Source: Podarcis bocagei (lineage: Eukaryota). From it: a DNA stretch of 64,000 nt. Under the pieces are notes generated by a model. That model was not told the origin of the DNA. It searched no databases and was given only the letters and a program-made list of their open reading frames with translations. This document shows, piece by piece, positions 12,761 to 25,557 of the stretch; position 1 is the stretch's first letter, and every line of letters begins with the position of its first letter. The translations under genes and the position numbers were made by a program. The stretch lies in assembly GCA_964188305.1 (NCBI GenBank), contig OZ076889.1; one strand, written 5' to 3'.

Positions 12761-15266
12761 GGGGGGGGTCCTCCTTCTAGGGCCTGGTCTCTCAACCCGC
12801 AACCCCCCCACCCCGCCTTACTAGATGCCCTTTAACTACGAGAGAATGGCCCAGGTTTAGACACAAGGTGGGGGGACCTCCAGGACAAAACACAATGGCC
12901 GCCCCTTTGCCTCGCAGCGCCCAATCTCTTAGGCAGTCCTGTTTTTTTGGTACAAAACCCTTGCTTCGTTTGGTTTCCCTTGGTCATTGGTAAGTGCACA
13001 CGTGGAGTTGGCAGCAGGGGTTCGCCCCTGAGTCCAGAAGGACTGGGCCTCCAAACTACATTTCCAGCAATTGTTTTGTTTTTAAATCGCTTGTCAAATG
13101 TGCCAGGCTCTTTGAGGTGGGATTCGTCTCTGGTATGTGTAGTCGGGCTTTATGCTTCTCTTAAAGCCCCGAGTAGCCCAGGCTGAATAATTTATCTGTA
13201 GCCTGACTTTTTCACTGAATTATTCACACACGTCTATTTCAGAATTATCAGATAGATAGACAAAGAGTCGTGCTGCTGGTTTATAACTTGGATTGATCGG
13301 GATAATGGAAAAAGTTGATACGGATGGGCTGTAGGTGGGCTGCCCATTGGGGTTAACAAATCTCATTAGAACCACAATACTTTTTTGACATGATATGTAG
13401 ACAAAAATTACTAATCTCAGGTGGTCCTTCTGGTGTCACATAATCTCTGCTGATATGATAGTTGGATATGAAATAACCTGTGATGTATCCATGGAAGTTT
13501 TAGTATCCTGTTTGATTATGGCTCTTACCTGATGTTCCAAGTAAGAGGTCCTTATCCCAAGAAACCTTTTGAAATCTTAAAAACTGGAGAGTATACTGTT
13601 AAGTATGGGAATTGGTAGCACTTAACAACTTGGTCTTAGAGGCTGTTCACACAGCAAAGTTATCCTAGAATAACCCCGGGAAAGAACATTGTCTAAGGGT
13701 GACCCTGTGGCCTAAGTTAAGGGATCCAGAACCCTAAGAACATCAGCACTTTTGTTTTTAAAGCTTATTGGTTCTTTTTTTTATAGAATATTTTGAATGG
13801 CACATTTTTCTCCTTTGGGTTCATATATTTGTTTGAAAACAAATGATCAAAAACTATCAGCAATGCATATTGTAAGCATTTGTTTCGGTCATAGGGCACT
13901 CACATTACCATTTAAAATGCAAGAAAATTCAGTCATATCACTACTGGCTGGAAATGTCACTGAAATAACAAATGATGTAACCTGTGAATAGTGGTAACTT
14001 CTGCAAATTGCTTGGGACTGTTGGGGGTTTGAGATTCTTTGGTGGTTTAAAGTTTGGCTAATTATTCTGCTTGTTCAGCCCTTGTTCCTGTAGTCTTAAC
14101 TCTTGAGGGTTGTTTTGCAGGTGGCAAAGTGTAACTTAAATGGCTGCCAAATTTAACACAGGAAAGAGAATTCTAGCTTTGGACTTTGTTTGCATTTAAA
14201 TTTGATATGCCTTCTCTTTGTCTAAAGAAATTACCTTATAGGGGCAAATACAAACCCTAATAACAATTTGAGCAAAATACTGGTTTAATATGAGCAATTG
14301 TTTTATTGGCACTCTTTTTTAAAAAGGAAAATGGAGGGTAGAAAGGGTCCCTCATTCTCTCTAATTAATGCAGAGGCTCATTATTATTATTTATTATATT
14401 TATATACCGCCCTTAATCTGAAGATCTCAGGGCGGTTCACATAATAAAAATACAAGATAAAAACACAAATAAATAGTTACAACAATACAAAACAACGCCC
14501 CACATAAGTACTTGGATGTATTTTGTGGGTTAAGATGCAAAATATATGGGTTTGACCGGGAACTGAAAGAACCTTTCTAAGTGGAGTTCCTAATGAATAT
14601 GATGTGGGAAGTAGTATTATTTACAGACAAGTGATTGACTTTGTTGGAATATACTTTAGTATTACAGTGCTTCAGTATATATATGTGTGTGTGTGTGCGC
14701 GCGCGTGCGTATGCTACTGTTCACATAAAATTTCATAGCAGTGTGCAAAGTTAAAATAACATCAACTGTAGCCAAACAATGAATGGGAAATACAAATTTC
14801 TGTTAAACAGTCTTGGATAAAATGTAACAGGTATGTAATGTAGAGCTTAATATTTAATACAGTATTTAAATATGTTGAATCTATAAGCTTCTGGAGATTG
14901 TTGAAAATTACCATTCACTGGTAAATAATTGTGAGTGGGTAGGAACTTGGAGAAATGCAACTGTGTGGCTACAAATGCTAAAAGAATGTACCAACACAAT
15001 AACCTTTCTGAGTTGTAGCCTTAGCTCTTAAACAAAAGAATTGTAACTTACTACACAGCAAAATATTTTGGAATAACAAATCACTGTGAATTGCAGCCTT
15101 TAGTCTTCTACATAAAATATAGTACTTTATCTAACAGTTATCTCCTTACTGGGCAAGCTTTTGTTTTTCATAATCAAATCGGAAAAAGTATTGGGCTGCA
15201 ATCTATACACACATGGTATAAGACTCACTGAATTCCATGGGATTTACTTCTGAGTAGTCATGTATT

Positions 15267-15621
15267 GGGACGTGGGTGGTGCCGTGGGTTAAACCACAGA
15301 GCTTAGGACTTGCTGATTAGAAGGTCAGTGGTTTGAATCCCTGCAACGGGGTGAGCTCCTGTTGCTCAGTCCCTGCTCCTGCCAACCTAGCAGTTCGAAA
15401 GCACGTCAAAGTGCAAGTAGATAAATAGGTACCACTCCAGCGGGAAGGTAAACGGTGTTTCCGTGCGCTGCTCTGGTTTGCCAGAAGTGGCTTTGTCATG
15501 CTGGCCACATGACTCGGAAACTGTATGCCGGCTCCCTCGGTCAATAAAGCGAGATAAGCACTGCAACCCCAGAGTCTGTCATGACTGGACCTAATGGTCA
15601 GGGGTCCCTTTACCTTTACCT
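15267..15621 (+). mobile_element. Sauria SINE (Squam1/POM-type), full length
   Basis: tRNA-like head GGGACGTGGGTGGTGCCGTGG...GGTTTGAATCCC; conserved AACCTAGCAGTTCGAAAGCAC...GTAGATAAATAGGTACC core; (TACCTT)n tail; TAGTCATGT repeated on both sides. Confidence 0.92.
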
Positions 15622-17635
15622 TAGTCATGTGTGGTGTTGTACTGTTCATTGCACTTCTTTCACAGTACACTAATTGACTGGGCATCAGAGTACTTTTTGT
15701 TGGTGCTTCTCAGCCTGGCCTCTGTTTTCCATTTATTTGTTGTGAAATATTCCACCACTCATACATTCCTAATATGTTAAGTTTTAAATTTTTGCAACAG
15801 AATGTTTTTTCATTTCTATGAATTAATCCAACTCCTGACCTCTGTCTGGTTCTGTTATGATGGGTGTAACTCTTCTATATTGTAAACATTTTGTTGTAAA
15901 CCATCATGGGAGATGTTTAAAGGGTGGTATACAAATATAACAAATAAATTTATTTTAAATGCCCTTGTTGCTATTATGTATCTCTGCTACTGTATATGAG
16001 AGGTTTTTTAAAGTTCAAAAGGTGAGAATCCTATGACATATTATGCAAGCAGCTGAACTGAGAAAGAGTAAAACTGCTAGGATCCTTGTTTTGGCTTGGC
16101 AGATGCACACATCTTTTTGCTAATATTATTTATTACACTGTGTAATTTGTACATATATGTTACATATTCTTCACAATGTGGGACACAATGTGTCCCATTG
16201 TGGGCTGGGCTACAACAAAAATATGATAAGATCTAAACAAAAAAGCATAAAACACTAATTCACAGTAAAAAAAAAGTACAGTATCCGTTACAAAAGGGAA
16301 AACAGATTCAGCCATCCCCAAAAGTTCTGGTAAAAAGGTGCTCCTTGGCATGGTGCTGAAATGTGTGCAAAATAGCTGCCAGGCACACATTGGGAAAGGG
16401 AGTTCCAGACCTTGGAGGCCACTAGAAAGAAGTCTCTTCCATGTCCTGCCATGCCTTGAATCTTCTAGGGCAACAGAAATGCTAACAAGGCCTCCCACAG
16501 TGAAAACACCTCTTAGTTTGGTCTGTTTGGGAAAAGTTGATCTTTCATGTATGTTGGATCAATACCATTTAGGACTTTATATATCAAAGAAAAGACCTTC
16601 TTCAACGTATAGCCCACCTTTGTGGTAGGCTCACCTGAGGCAGTTTACAGTATGACAAAACCGTATACCAAAACAAGGTAAAATTTAGTCAAGGAATAAA
16701 CTAACAATAATACTAATAGGAGAACAAAAAGCCAACTGGCGAAAAGATGGCTTTAAAAGTGATTGATGCCGCTCCTTATGTTGTCTCTGTGGTCTGTTGG
16801 AAATTCCAAATCACTTTTTGCAACCAGCTTTCTACCTTCTGTTCTTCCTTCTCTCTTGAGTCTGAAGGAGAACTTGCTTGTAAAATATGTGCCACCTGTA
16901 TAGGTCACTCACAGATCTAGTTTGTATTCTTTAATACAACATCTAAAGTGGTCCTGGTAGGGCCACTTCAGATATTAAAGTTTTCCTATAGGGAAAGCAT
17001 TAATGTTCATACTGCTCATTTGGGGGTGATTCCACATCTCCATACATATAGTGTAGCTGTAATTGGCCACACTTGCATGTTTAGAAAAAGTTGGTGTAGC
17101 ATGTTTCAGTCTACCTGTTGAGTGCTTGGATTTTTGTGTACTAATTTGTGTCTGAAACCTGTCTGAAGTAGTTTGCAATAATTCCCCACTGTTATCCTAG
17201 AACAAAGAAATTTTAAACAGCATAGTAGGATTACTTATCATCTTTTTTCTTTTCCCTAACCTTTTGCCGTCTTTGCCAAATCCTGGTTGCTGCTTTGCAT
17301 ATCTAAAGGATCTGTCCCTTTCACTTCTTGCATCTTCGACCAAACATTTGTTCACCCACATCTTCTATTACAGCAGTTCCATCTTGCTACTCTTGCTCCA
17401 GACTTGCATTGTGGTCTCTAGAAACAAATGCTACATGCACTGACTTCTTGTCTTTTGCTACACCAGGGCCAGTGTCCTGGTCCTTAGAGCTAAGGCTGTT
17501 CAGTTCCCAACCCCCACATTCTCATGTTCTGCACACTTACCTGTTATCAGTTTTCCTTCTTTCCTTTTCTTACTTTCTATGTGTCTGGTCAAATTTCCCC
17601 TATGATGCAGGTTGTTCAGCTGTGCCCTATGTGGT

Positions 17636-17833
17636 CAGTGCAGGATTACCAAATGGGCAGAGTAGGCACCAGACTATGGGCCTTGCTTTTAGGGGCCCCA
17701 TGACAATGGATCAAAATAAAATTGATTTGATCTTGAGAGAAAATTACAAAAACGTATTGGAAATAATTTGTGAGCCCCCCCACCCCCCAATTTTGAGTGC
17801 CTGGGGGCCTCCACAGGATTTAATCCAGCACTG
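17636..17833. mobile_element. hAT-type MITE
   Basis: TIR CAGTGCAGGATT / AATCCAGCACTG; GGGGCCCC internal motifs; degenerate 8-bp TSD TATGTGGT/TAAATGGT. Confidence 0.6.
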
Positions 17834-18708
17834 TAAATGGTTTGTGACCTGGATACTTTTAAAGTCTCCTCCTGAACAAATCCTGAATACTTTTATTTGT
17901 TGTATCCTTAAAATGAGGATCTAGTTAAGTAAATTAGCCTGAAATTTGTCTGGCACTGTGACATGTGTTACAATGAATGTCTAAGATTTGGCAAGTGTCA
18001 ACAATGGTAGACAAACACTGTGCATGTCAAAACTTGAGACAAACATCACTGAATATCAACACTTAATATACATTAATGTACTCCAAAAAATTGGGCAAAA
18101 CAACTATTTTCAGACTTAGCAGGGATTCACATGTTAAAGTCAACATGCATTAGATTTTGGCTACTAGTTTAATTAATTAAAAATTACTTTAAACCTTTTT
18201 AATTATTTAAAATGCAACCCCCATACATAGAATCATAGAATTAGAGAGTTGGATGGGACTCTGAGAGTCATTTAGTACATGCCATCCAACATCCAATTTG
18301 AAATCATCCTTAACCCTGCTGAGCTTTGAAAATGTGCTAGCAGTTTTACTGTTGCACCACTGGAGAAGTGTGATCAAGGAGTCCTGACTAACAGTGCTGG
18401 GTGCCTCAGTTATATTACTGGGTCATTCCATATCAAGTGATTAAATTTTAAATGATTTTTTTTACTTCATGTCATCCAGTTTTCTTAAAATTTTGTGCAC
18501 TTATTGAACAATCAAAACTAAGTTTAAATCCAACATTTTATTTTTTTATCTCCTCCCATTTTTGAGTTATGAGGGTGATGTCATGTGCTGTTGTTCATTT
18601 GAGGTTGCATTTGCCCAATTTTAAGACCTGGTGAGTAATAGATTATTATTATTATGTCTTGATATGTAAAACCACAGAATTCAAAGAGGGTGTACTTTCT
18701 TTTCCTGT

Positions 18709-18894
18709 TACAGATAGGTAGCCGTGTTGGTCTGCCATAGTCAAAATAAAAAATTCCTTCCAGTAGCACCTTAAAGACCGACTAAGTTAGTTCTTGGTAT
18801 GAGCTTTCGTGTGTGCATGCACACGAAAGCTCATACCAAGAACTAACTTAGTTGGTCTTTAAGGTGCTACTGGAAGGAATTTTTTTATTTTTTA
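18709..18894. mobile_element. Penelope-like element terminal repeat (pLTR) as an inverted fold-back
   Basis: GGTAGCCGTGTTGGTCTG...GCACCTTAAAGAC...GAGCTTTCGTG followed by its reverse complement; TTTTCCTGT direct repeat at 18700-18708 and 18895-18903. Confidence 0.72.
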
Positions 18895-19660
18895 TTTTCC
18901 TGTGACTGTATATCTGAGTTTCTAACACTGACAAGAATAGTGTTACAGTTTCAATGCCCATTACTGTTTTCTCAGTCTAATGAAACAATGTTTCATATTT
19001 ACAAAGCAGAAAAGTAAAAAAAAAAAAAATCAGATGCAGTTATAACATTACTGTATCGCCACTTTTAGCTGAACCTCAAGACAGTATTCTCACCTACATC
19101 TACCTGTTTCGGCAGGTAACAGAGCTATATAGACAGGATTTTAAGGAGCTGCCAGTTCTAGTTAACTATAAGCATGGAAGCATTCTATGTTGGTCCCAGC
19201 CCATGGTGTGAAGGCGTATGTTGTAGCAGTTTTGTGGAAGCTAAGCAGATCTAGATCTGGTAAGCATTTGGAAGGGAGTCTGTCTAGAAATTCTATGCAT
19301 GTTGCTTAGAGTTACATCATTTGTGTTCCTTATGTCTTGATGGCTACATGCCAGGTGCGGGGAACATTTGGCTCTCCATATGTTGCTGAATGAAACTCAC
19401 ACCACCCCTGGCAATTGGCCATGTTTTCTAAGGCTGATGGGAGTTGAAGTCCAGCAATATCTGGAGGACCAGATATATACTGTCTCTGAATGCCCGTTAG
19501 AGTTAGGGAGTGATAGTAGGAGAAAGCTGCTCTGTTTGTTTCCTGTTTGTAGTTGCCAACTTAACATGTATGGAACATATTGGGTTGTTTTACTATCATG
19601 GAAGAAAGAGTCTTAGGGCATAGTTGGGAATTCATAAAGAGACAGAATGGTTGGAGGTCA

Positions 19661-19838
19661 AACATACTTACACTCAATCCCACAAATAATTCCCTTTCTC
19701 ATCACCATCCACCATGTTCAAACACTTTTAAGGATTGTATGAAATGTATGTTTGTATGCTTGTATATTTGTAATATATGTGTATTAATGATGAATTATTT
19801 TAACAATAAAAGCTTATTAATTAATTTTTTTTAAAAAA
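19661..19838 (+). mobile_element. 5'-truncated retroposed insertion (L1-like 3' end or retrocopied UTR)
   Basis: 17-bp perfect TSD AGAATGGTTGGAGGTCA at 19644-19660 and 19839-19855; AATAAA at 19805 and short A tail. Confidence 0.75.
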
Positions 19839-19890
19839 AGAATGGTTGGAGGTCATTCTCTGTCACAGAGGTTCAAAGTACCCTAATAGG

Positions 19891-19891
<1 letters not shown>

Positions 19892-19957
<66 letters not shown>
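19892..19957. repeat. Compound (TG)n(GA)n microsatellite
   Basis: Direct reading of the repeat run. Confidence 0.95.
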
Positions 19958-19960
<3 letters not shown>

Positions 19961-21867
19961 ATGTTAGCTTGGAGTTCTTTTGAAATGAAATCATATTGGA
20001 CCCCCTTAGCAGATTGACACTGTCAAAATAAATGGTGGAGGTTGCCTGAACCTATGAGGTGCTATGTATCTCAGCTTAGGATCTCATAGGACCAGACACA
20101 ATGGTTCTGACAGTGGCCCAAGTCCATCTGTAGTGGTTTTTAGCTGGGCACAATGCCTGTCTGACCACACCACCACTTTAATGCAAAGGCACGGAATGCA
20201 AGAAATTCTGTATGTTTGTCAGGCCTTTCTAATAAAGGAAAGTTGGTAAGCTGAACTGGGCTTTCCTGGTAATAAATATAAGGGGAGGAGAATAATGTTT
20301 CTTGGATAAGGGGTAGTTAGACATCTGTTGCGGAGCATTTGGATTGAACTGTACACCTATGGGAAAACTTGGGCACCCCTTTTATTTTATTTTTGTAGTT
20401 GGCAGAAGTATTATAGTCTGATATGCTTATGACACAAATGACCTTATATAAAATTATATCAAGCTGCTTGTGTGTTCGTCTGGCCTTATATGGATCCAAA
20501 AAAGGGCAAACATATTAGATTACACTTCACGTGTAATTGGGACATTTTACTCAGTTTCTGGACAAATAGCTTGTAAAAGGTAGATGCCGTAGCTCAGCAA
20601 TACATAGGATGCATTGCATGCGTAATATTCCAGATTCGGCTCCTTTCATCTCAGATAGCAGGACTTGGAGAGCTGCTGCCTGTCAGAGGGTTAGATTGAT
20701 CAAGTAGTCTGACTGTGCAAGTTACTTTCATAAGCAACATTATACATGTGTGTGTTTTTCTTCTTAGGGTTAAACTCAAAGTGTGCTGAGACACGATCAT
20801 CTAAAATGCTTGTTAGGTTGAGATTAATGAATGCCATTTTAAACAACATAGAATGAAGAGCCTCTGAAAGTTCATCTTGGTAAGTAAAAAGGGAATAGAG
20901 ATCTTTTGGTTTCATGTACTGCTAATCATATGTACTTTTCTTTATGCCTTACTTTATGTTCTATAGTTTTGGTGACCCTGTTGGTCTAGCTGTTGGAGTT
21001 GGTAATTTTATTATAAGAGGTGTTGAAGTACCCCATCACAAATTCAGTGACATTTTCTTTAGTATGGAAAAAGTCTAGGGTCTGCTGGTTGGTATGGCCA
21101 GTGAGCATATTAGTTGTGATAAGGCTTACAGTCATGCCCTTGTTACTTCTTGAACATGTGAGAGGGTTCGTTTGAAAATTCCTATAGCTATATGCCAAAC
21201 TGACAGGTGTATTTTAGGCAAGTACTTTTTAGAAACTTTTCAGGGAAAGCCACTAGAAGAGAATTTGGAGCATGGTAATTATGGATAGGGAAATCTTGAT
21301 CCTCTACTCTAAAACTAAAATGGTTTTACTTTCTTTAAACAAATTATATATATTGGAGTTTAATGAGTAGATAGCCCATGAACATAGGGTGGGATTCGAA
21401 AAAGTTGTTGAGCTTTTTGGGGAGGGCAATTGAGCTATTTCTGAGGAAAAATCAGAAAAAAACAACTCTGCCAATTTCCGCCTGGACACTGCAATATTCT
21501 GGAAATGTCAACCCTAGGTCTTGCAAACATCTTGTGTGTGTAAGCATTGCCGGATGGAACAATCCCCCCTCTTCTCCCCTGTGCATTGTTCTGGGGGCTC
21601 ACCTGCTCTAGCCAAGTTTAGGGGGCATGTGACAGAGAGGAGAGGGGGAAGTAGGCATGAATGGATTCAAATCAAAGTTTCACAGGTCTAAATTCAATGC
21701 TTTCCACAATTCTCTTGTTTGTTTACCAGTAGCTAGAGTGTGATAGCATACAACAAACAGCTGAAAGGAGATATGGTTTGCTAATTTATTTTCTTTTTCT
21801 TTTTTAAGAAATAGAGGCTTGTGGAGAGTTAATTATTTTTCCTCTCTTCTTGAAAAAATTCTTTCAG

Positions 21868-21998
21868 GTTTATTGTTATCTAGGAAGGGCAACAGGACCT
21901 CATCCAGAATCTAATCCAGATCAGCACCATGTTGTATGATTTTGTGGATAACATGATCGTCATTCAACTTAAGATAATTGTGGAGTTATGACTAACAG
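21868..21998 (+). other. NCOA6: Candidate NCOA6 5'-UTR exon
   Basis: Pyrimidine tract plus ctttcag| acceptor; AACAG|gtatcc donor; 131 nt of unique sequence. Confidence 0.4.
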
Positions 21999-23137
21999 GT
22001 ATCCAACCTCTTAGAAAAACAAGTATTAGAATGTTAGCAAGCCATTGATGTCTGCAGTGTGAGCTTTTGCTATGCAGATATAGCAGAGAATAATGCAGAT
22101 CACCTATGTACAAATAAAATTATTCACTAATGAAATGGTTTTAGTATTTCAGAAATTATCAAATGCCAGTTGCAGATTGTCAAATGTTCAGAATTTAGTA
22201 GATATGCAGCCTAATCCAGTCATATTAATTTGCAAATAAGTCTCATTTAGCTAAGTATAACCTACTGCCATGTATGTTTGTATAGGATAAAACCTTATGA
22301 AATAATTATAATATTTAATAAAGAAACATTAAGCATATATGTCCCATTGAACTCAGTGGAACTAACTTGTGAATAGTCATGCATAGGCTCATGTTCTAAG
22401 TGAGCTATAAAGTCATCAGCATAAAGGAGGAAATGTTCAGTATGTGTGAGTGGCCTCAGATATTTAAAATTCCTATGCTGCATAAATACATGTATACCAA
22501 TTTCATATATAATTTGCCAAGTCTTATCTTGGTATGGGTGGAGAGACTACTTTATTATCAGAAAATGATTTTGGTTAGCTTTATTTATTTATTTAATAGA
22601 TTTCTAGAACCCCTTCTGTAAACTTCTGCCTCTGCAAACTCTCCCTGGATTAGGGAAATAAAACATGACATGCTGACTTCCTCAGCGCAGATCAAACAAA
22701 CAAACATTTATTTATTATATTTTTTAACATTCTAAAATTATTTGTTACTATGTTTCTTAATAACTAAGTTAACATTAAACAATACAGATGTAAGTATGTT
22801 AGCCTTATGGTTAATCCCTAAACGGAAAAATGCCTCTACCATATATGCAAATTTAATGGAGACTTTCCTGTGTAAATGAAGAACTTTTGAAAAATCACTC
22901 CTTGCATTTTACACTCTACCTACCAGATGTAGGGTTGTATCCAACTAAATCAATGAATGGATATCCTTTTTTTAAAAAAGATGGTTTTACTTTTTATCAC
23001 TGATAAAAAATATTTGAAGGATTATGTTGACTTTTGGTGAAACACTTAGGAACCAATATAATGCTGTCCATGCTTGACTTGGTTCAGAACAAAAAAAAAC
23101 TCACCCCTTAATTAATTTCAACTGGATACATCTGCAG

Positions 23138-23274
23138 ATTTGTCACAGCTGAAGTTTTCAGAGGATTGGACTCCCACTGTCTGCAAAAGCAGACCAGCAA
23201 CCTGAATGCTCCTATGGCTCAATTTTTCTGGGTCTGCTTAAATTGTCATGCAGCTTCTGATACAGGATCTCCAG
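23138..23274 (+). other. NCOA6: Candidate NCOA6 5'-UTR exon
   Basis: tctgcag| acceptor and strong CCAG|gtaagc donor; 137 nt. Confidence 0.35.
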
Positions 23275-23709
23275 GTAAGCTATTTTTTTATTAGCTATAT
23301 ATATTGATACGTGATAAATGAAAACATTAGGTTTTTTGGATTTACTTTATATCTGCTAAGGCCTTTCTAGATAGGGTGCCTTCTCTGGGGAGGAAAACCT
23401 GTTCCTTTAGTACTATATTAGTAAATGCACAGCGTCTGAAGAAAGTAGAAAAGCTTTGGTATGTATGTCAGCGATGTCATGGGTACCATCCAGTAGATGC
23501 TCATGTCACTGCTTTCCCTTATAGTTGTATTATTGTATAATAATTGTACAGTAGTTGCTCAGTATTGTATAGCTGTATAGTAGTTGTTTTTATTGTGGTG
23601 AAGGTAGAGGTTTCTCAGCAATTGTGCCCCATTACTGGAGAGCAGTGATTCACAGCAGCTGTAGGAGCTCCAGACGATGTGCCAGTGACTACTAGCTAAA
23701 GCTGTGTCA

Positions 23710-24000
23710 GAGCTGTGGAACTCCCTGCCTATTGACATTAGGCAAGCACCTTTGCTGTATTCTTTTTGGTGCCTATTTAAAACATTTCTGTTTAGGCAAG
23801 CCTATCCTTACATGTAGAAGTTATGTGTGTTTTATCTTTTTTTTTTTAGGAAGTGTTGATTTTAATTAAACCGTTGAAAGATTTTATATACTCAGTTGTA
23901 ACTGTTTTTAATGGATATTTTTTAATGTTTTACTTCATATTTTTGTAAACCACTTAGAGGAGTTGTTTGTTTTTGTTTTTACAATCAAGCAGTATATAAA
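23710..24000 (+). mobile_element. L2-type LINE 3' end remnant
   Basis: TGTGGAACTCCCTGCC...TTAAAACATTTCTGTTTAGGCAAGCCT...TGTAAACCACTTAGAG...AAGCAGTATATAAA tail motifs. Confidence 0.55.
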
Positions 24001-24057
24001 TGCCAAATACACTTCATTTATTTATATATTTATTCAGTTCATTTGTTAGTTATTGCA

Positions 24058-24250
24058 TTTTTATTTTACCTTAATCTCCAAGGAGCTCAAGGTAGCATAC
24101 ATGATTCTCTCCTTCCTCTTTTAATCCCCACAACAGCCCTGTGACGTAGGGTAGGCTGAGAGGCAGTGAGTGGCCCAAGATCACCCAGTGAACTTTATGA
24201 CTGAGTGGTGATTGAACCCTGGTCTTCCAGGTACTAGACCAAAACTACAC
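24058..24250 (-). mobile_element. CORE/MIR-like SINE
   Basis: CCAAGGAGCTCAAGGTAGCATAC...ACAACAGCCCTGTGACGTAG...GGCCCAAGATCACCCAG...TTGAACCCTGG (B box on the minus strand). Confidence 0.7.
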
Positions 24251-24833
24251 TCTTAACTGGATAAATAGATCACTTTATCATGCATTCCATAATTATTTTC
24301 TAAAAGAAAAATGGGGAGTGACTTTGCTAAAAGAACCCTTGTGGTTTCATTCTGATGGGGCTTTTTTTTTAGAATTTTAGAATTATTAAAAATAAGAATA
24401 AAAATCCTGTGTCAGTTCCCCCCACAGTATGCTTTCCCAGCACCATTAAAAATTGCTAAATAATTTCCATTCCTTGGGGGGCAGAGTGATGAAATGGGTT
24501 TTGAGAAAGTCATTGGGACTCTCCCACAGACTCCTTTGGGAGAGTTTTGAGGTGGTGATTTTGATTATTATTATTTTAGGGGGTGGGGGGTTCATTTCAG
24601 CCTCAGTTTGTATGTAAGCAGCTTATGAACATAATACTTTTTGAGATCTAAACAAGGTAAGAACAAAATAGAAACAGTATTAACAATAAGCTGTGATTGT
24701 ATAGATGTAAAATTGTGCATGTATATATAAACAATATATTTTAAATATATAAATAATATATTTTAAAACTTATTTTCTTTTATAGGTTTGTCTTAATACC
24801 TGATTAGCTTCCATTGCAGCAAATTACATAGCC

Positions 24834-25068
24834 ATGGTTTGGGGTGATATGCCTAAATTAAAAGATAACCACACTTCATCGTATTCTTCAACCATGGAAG
24901 ACCTGGATGTGGATCTTGACTCTGGACTAGAGGAAGATGACATTAAACATGAGAGCCCTTATGAAGATTCCACAATCTTTGTAGCTTTTAAAGGCAATCT
25001 TGATGATGATGACTTCAAACAGAAATTGGACATCATTTTGAACAATGTTCCTGGCCTTTTACACCTGG
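24834..25068 (+). CDS. NCOA6: NCOA6 coding exon 1 (exon begins 24786)
   Basis: tatag| acceptor; gccATGG Kozak; MVWGDMPKL...STIFVAFKGNLDDDDFKQKLDIILNNVPGLLHL; G|gtattt donor; 235 coding nt. Confidence 0.95.
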
Positions 25069-25401
25069 GTATTTCACTCTTTTGTATTTTTTTAGTGAAA
25101 GATTGCTTAATTAACTTTTAAATATTAGATTTAGACATGTAAAATTGCAATTCATTTATTTGAAGTTAAATTGCTCTAAAATATTGCAGACTTTTTACTA
25201 GTTATTTTTAGCAAAAAAATATATATCCCACTCTACTTCCTGAAGTGTGCAGTGTACATTTGAATTGCTAGTTGAAATGTCTTGTGTGAAGTAGCTCAGA
25301 GTTAGTATTACATATTGATATCAGTTATTGTACTTGAGTAACCATGTACATTCTCTGTAGTAGTTCAACAAGTCTGTCTTCTTTTTTATCCTTTTAACAA
25401 G

Positions 25402-25557
25402 AATCTGAAAAGTTAAAACTGAAGAAGGTGGAACCCTGGAACAGTGTACGTGTTACTTTCAATATTCCTCGTGAAGCAGCTGAGCGACTACGATTGCTGG
25501 CTCAAAACAACAACCAACAACTTAGAGACTTGGGAATCCTCTCAGTTCAAATTGAAG
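25402..25557 (+). CDS. NCOA6: NCOA6 coding exon 2 (conserved N-terminal domain)
   Basis: ttttaacaag|; [45 protein letters not shown]; |gtagct; 156 nt. Confidence 0.96.

Noticed and set aside
17328-17924. 198-aa plus-strand ORF in intron 1
   Set aside because: Non-ATG start, low-complexity pyrimidine-rich composition, runs through a MITE
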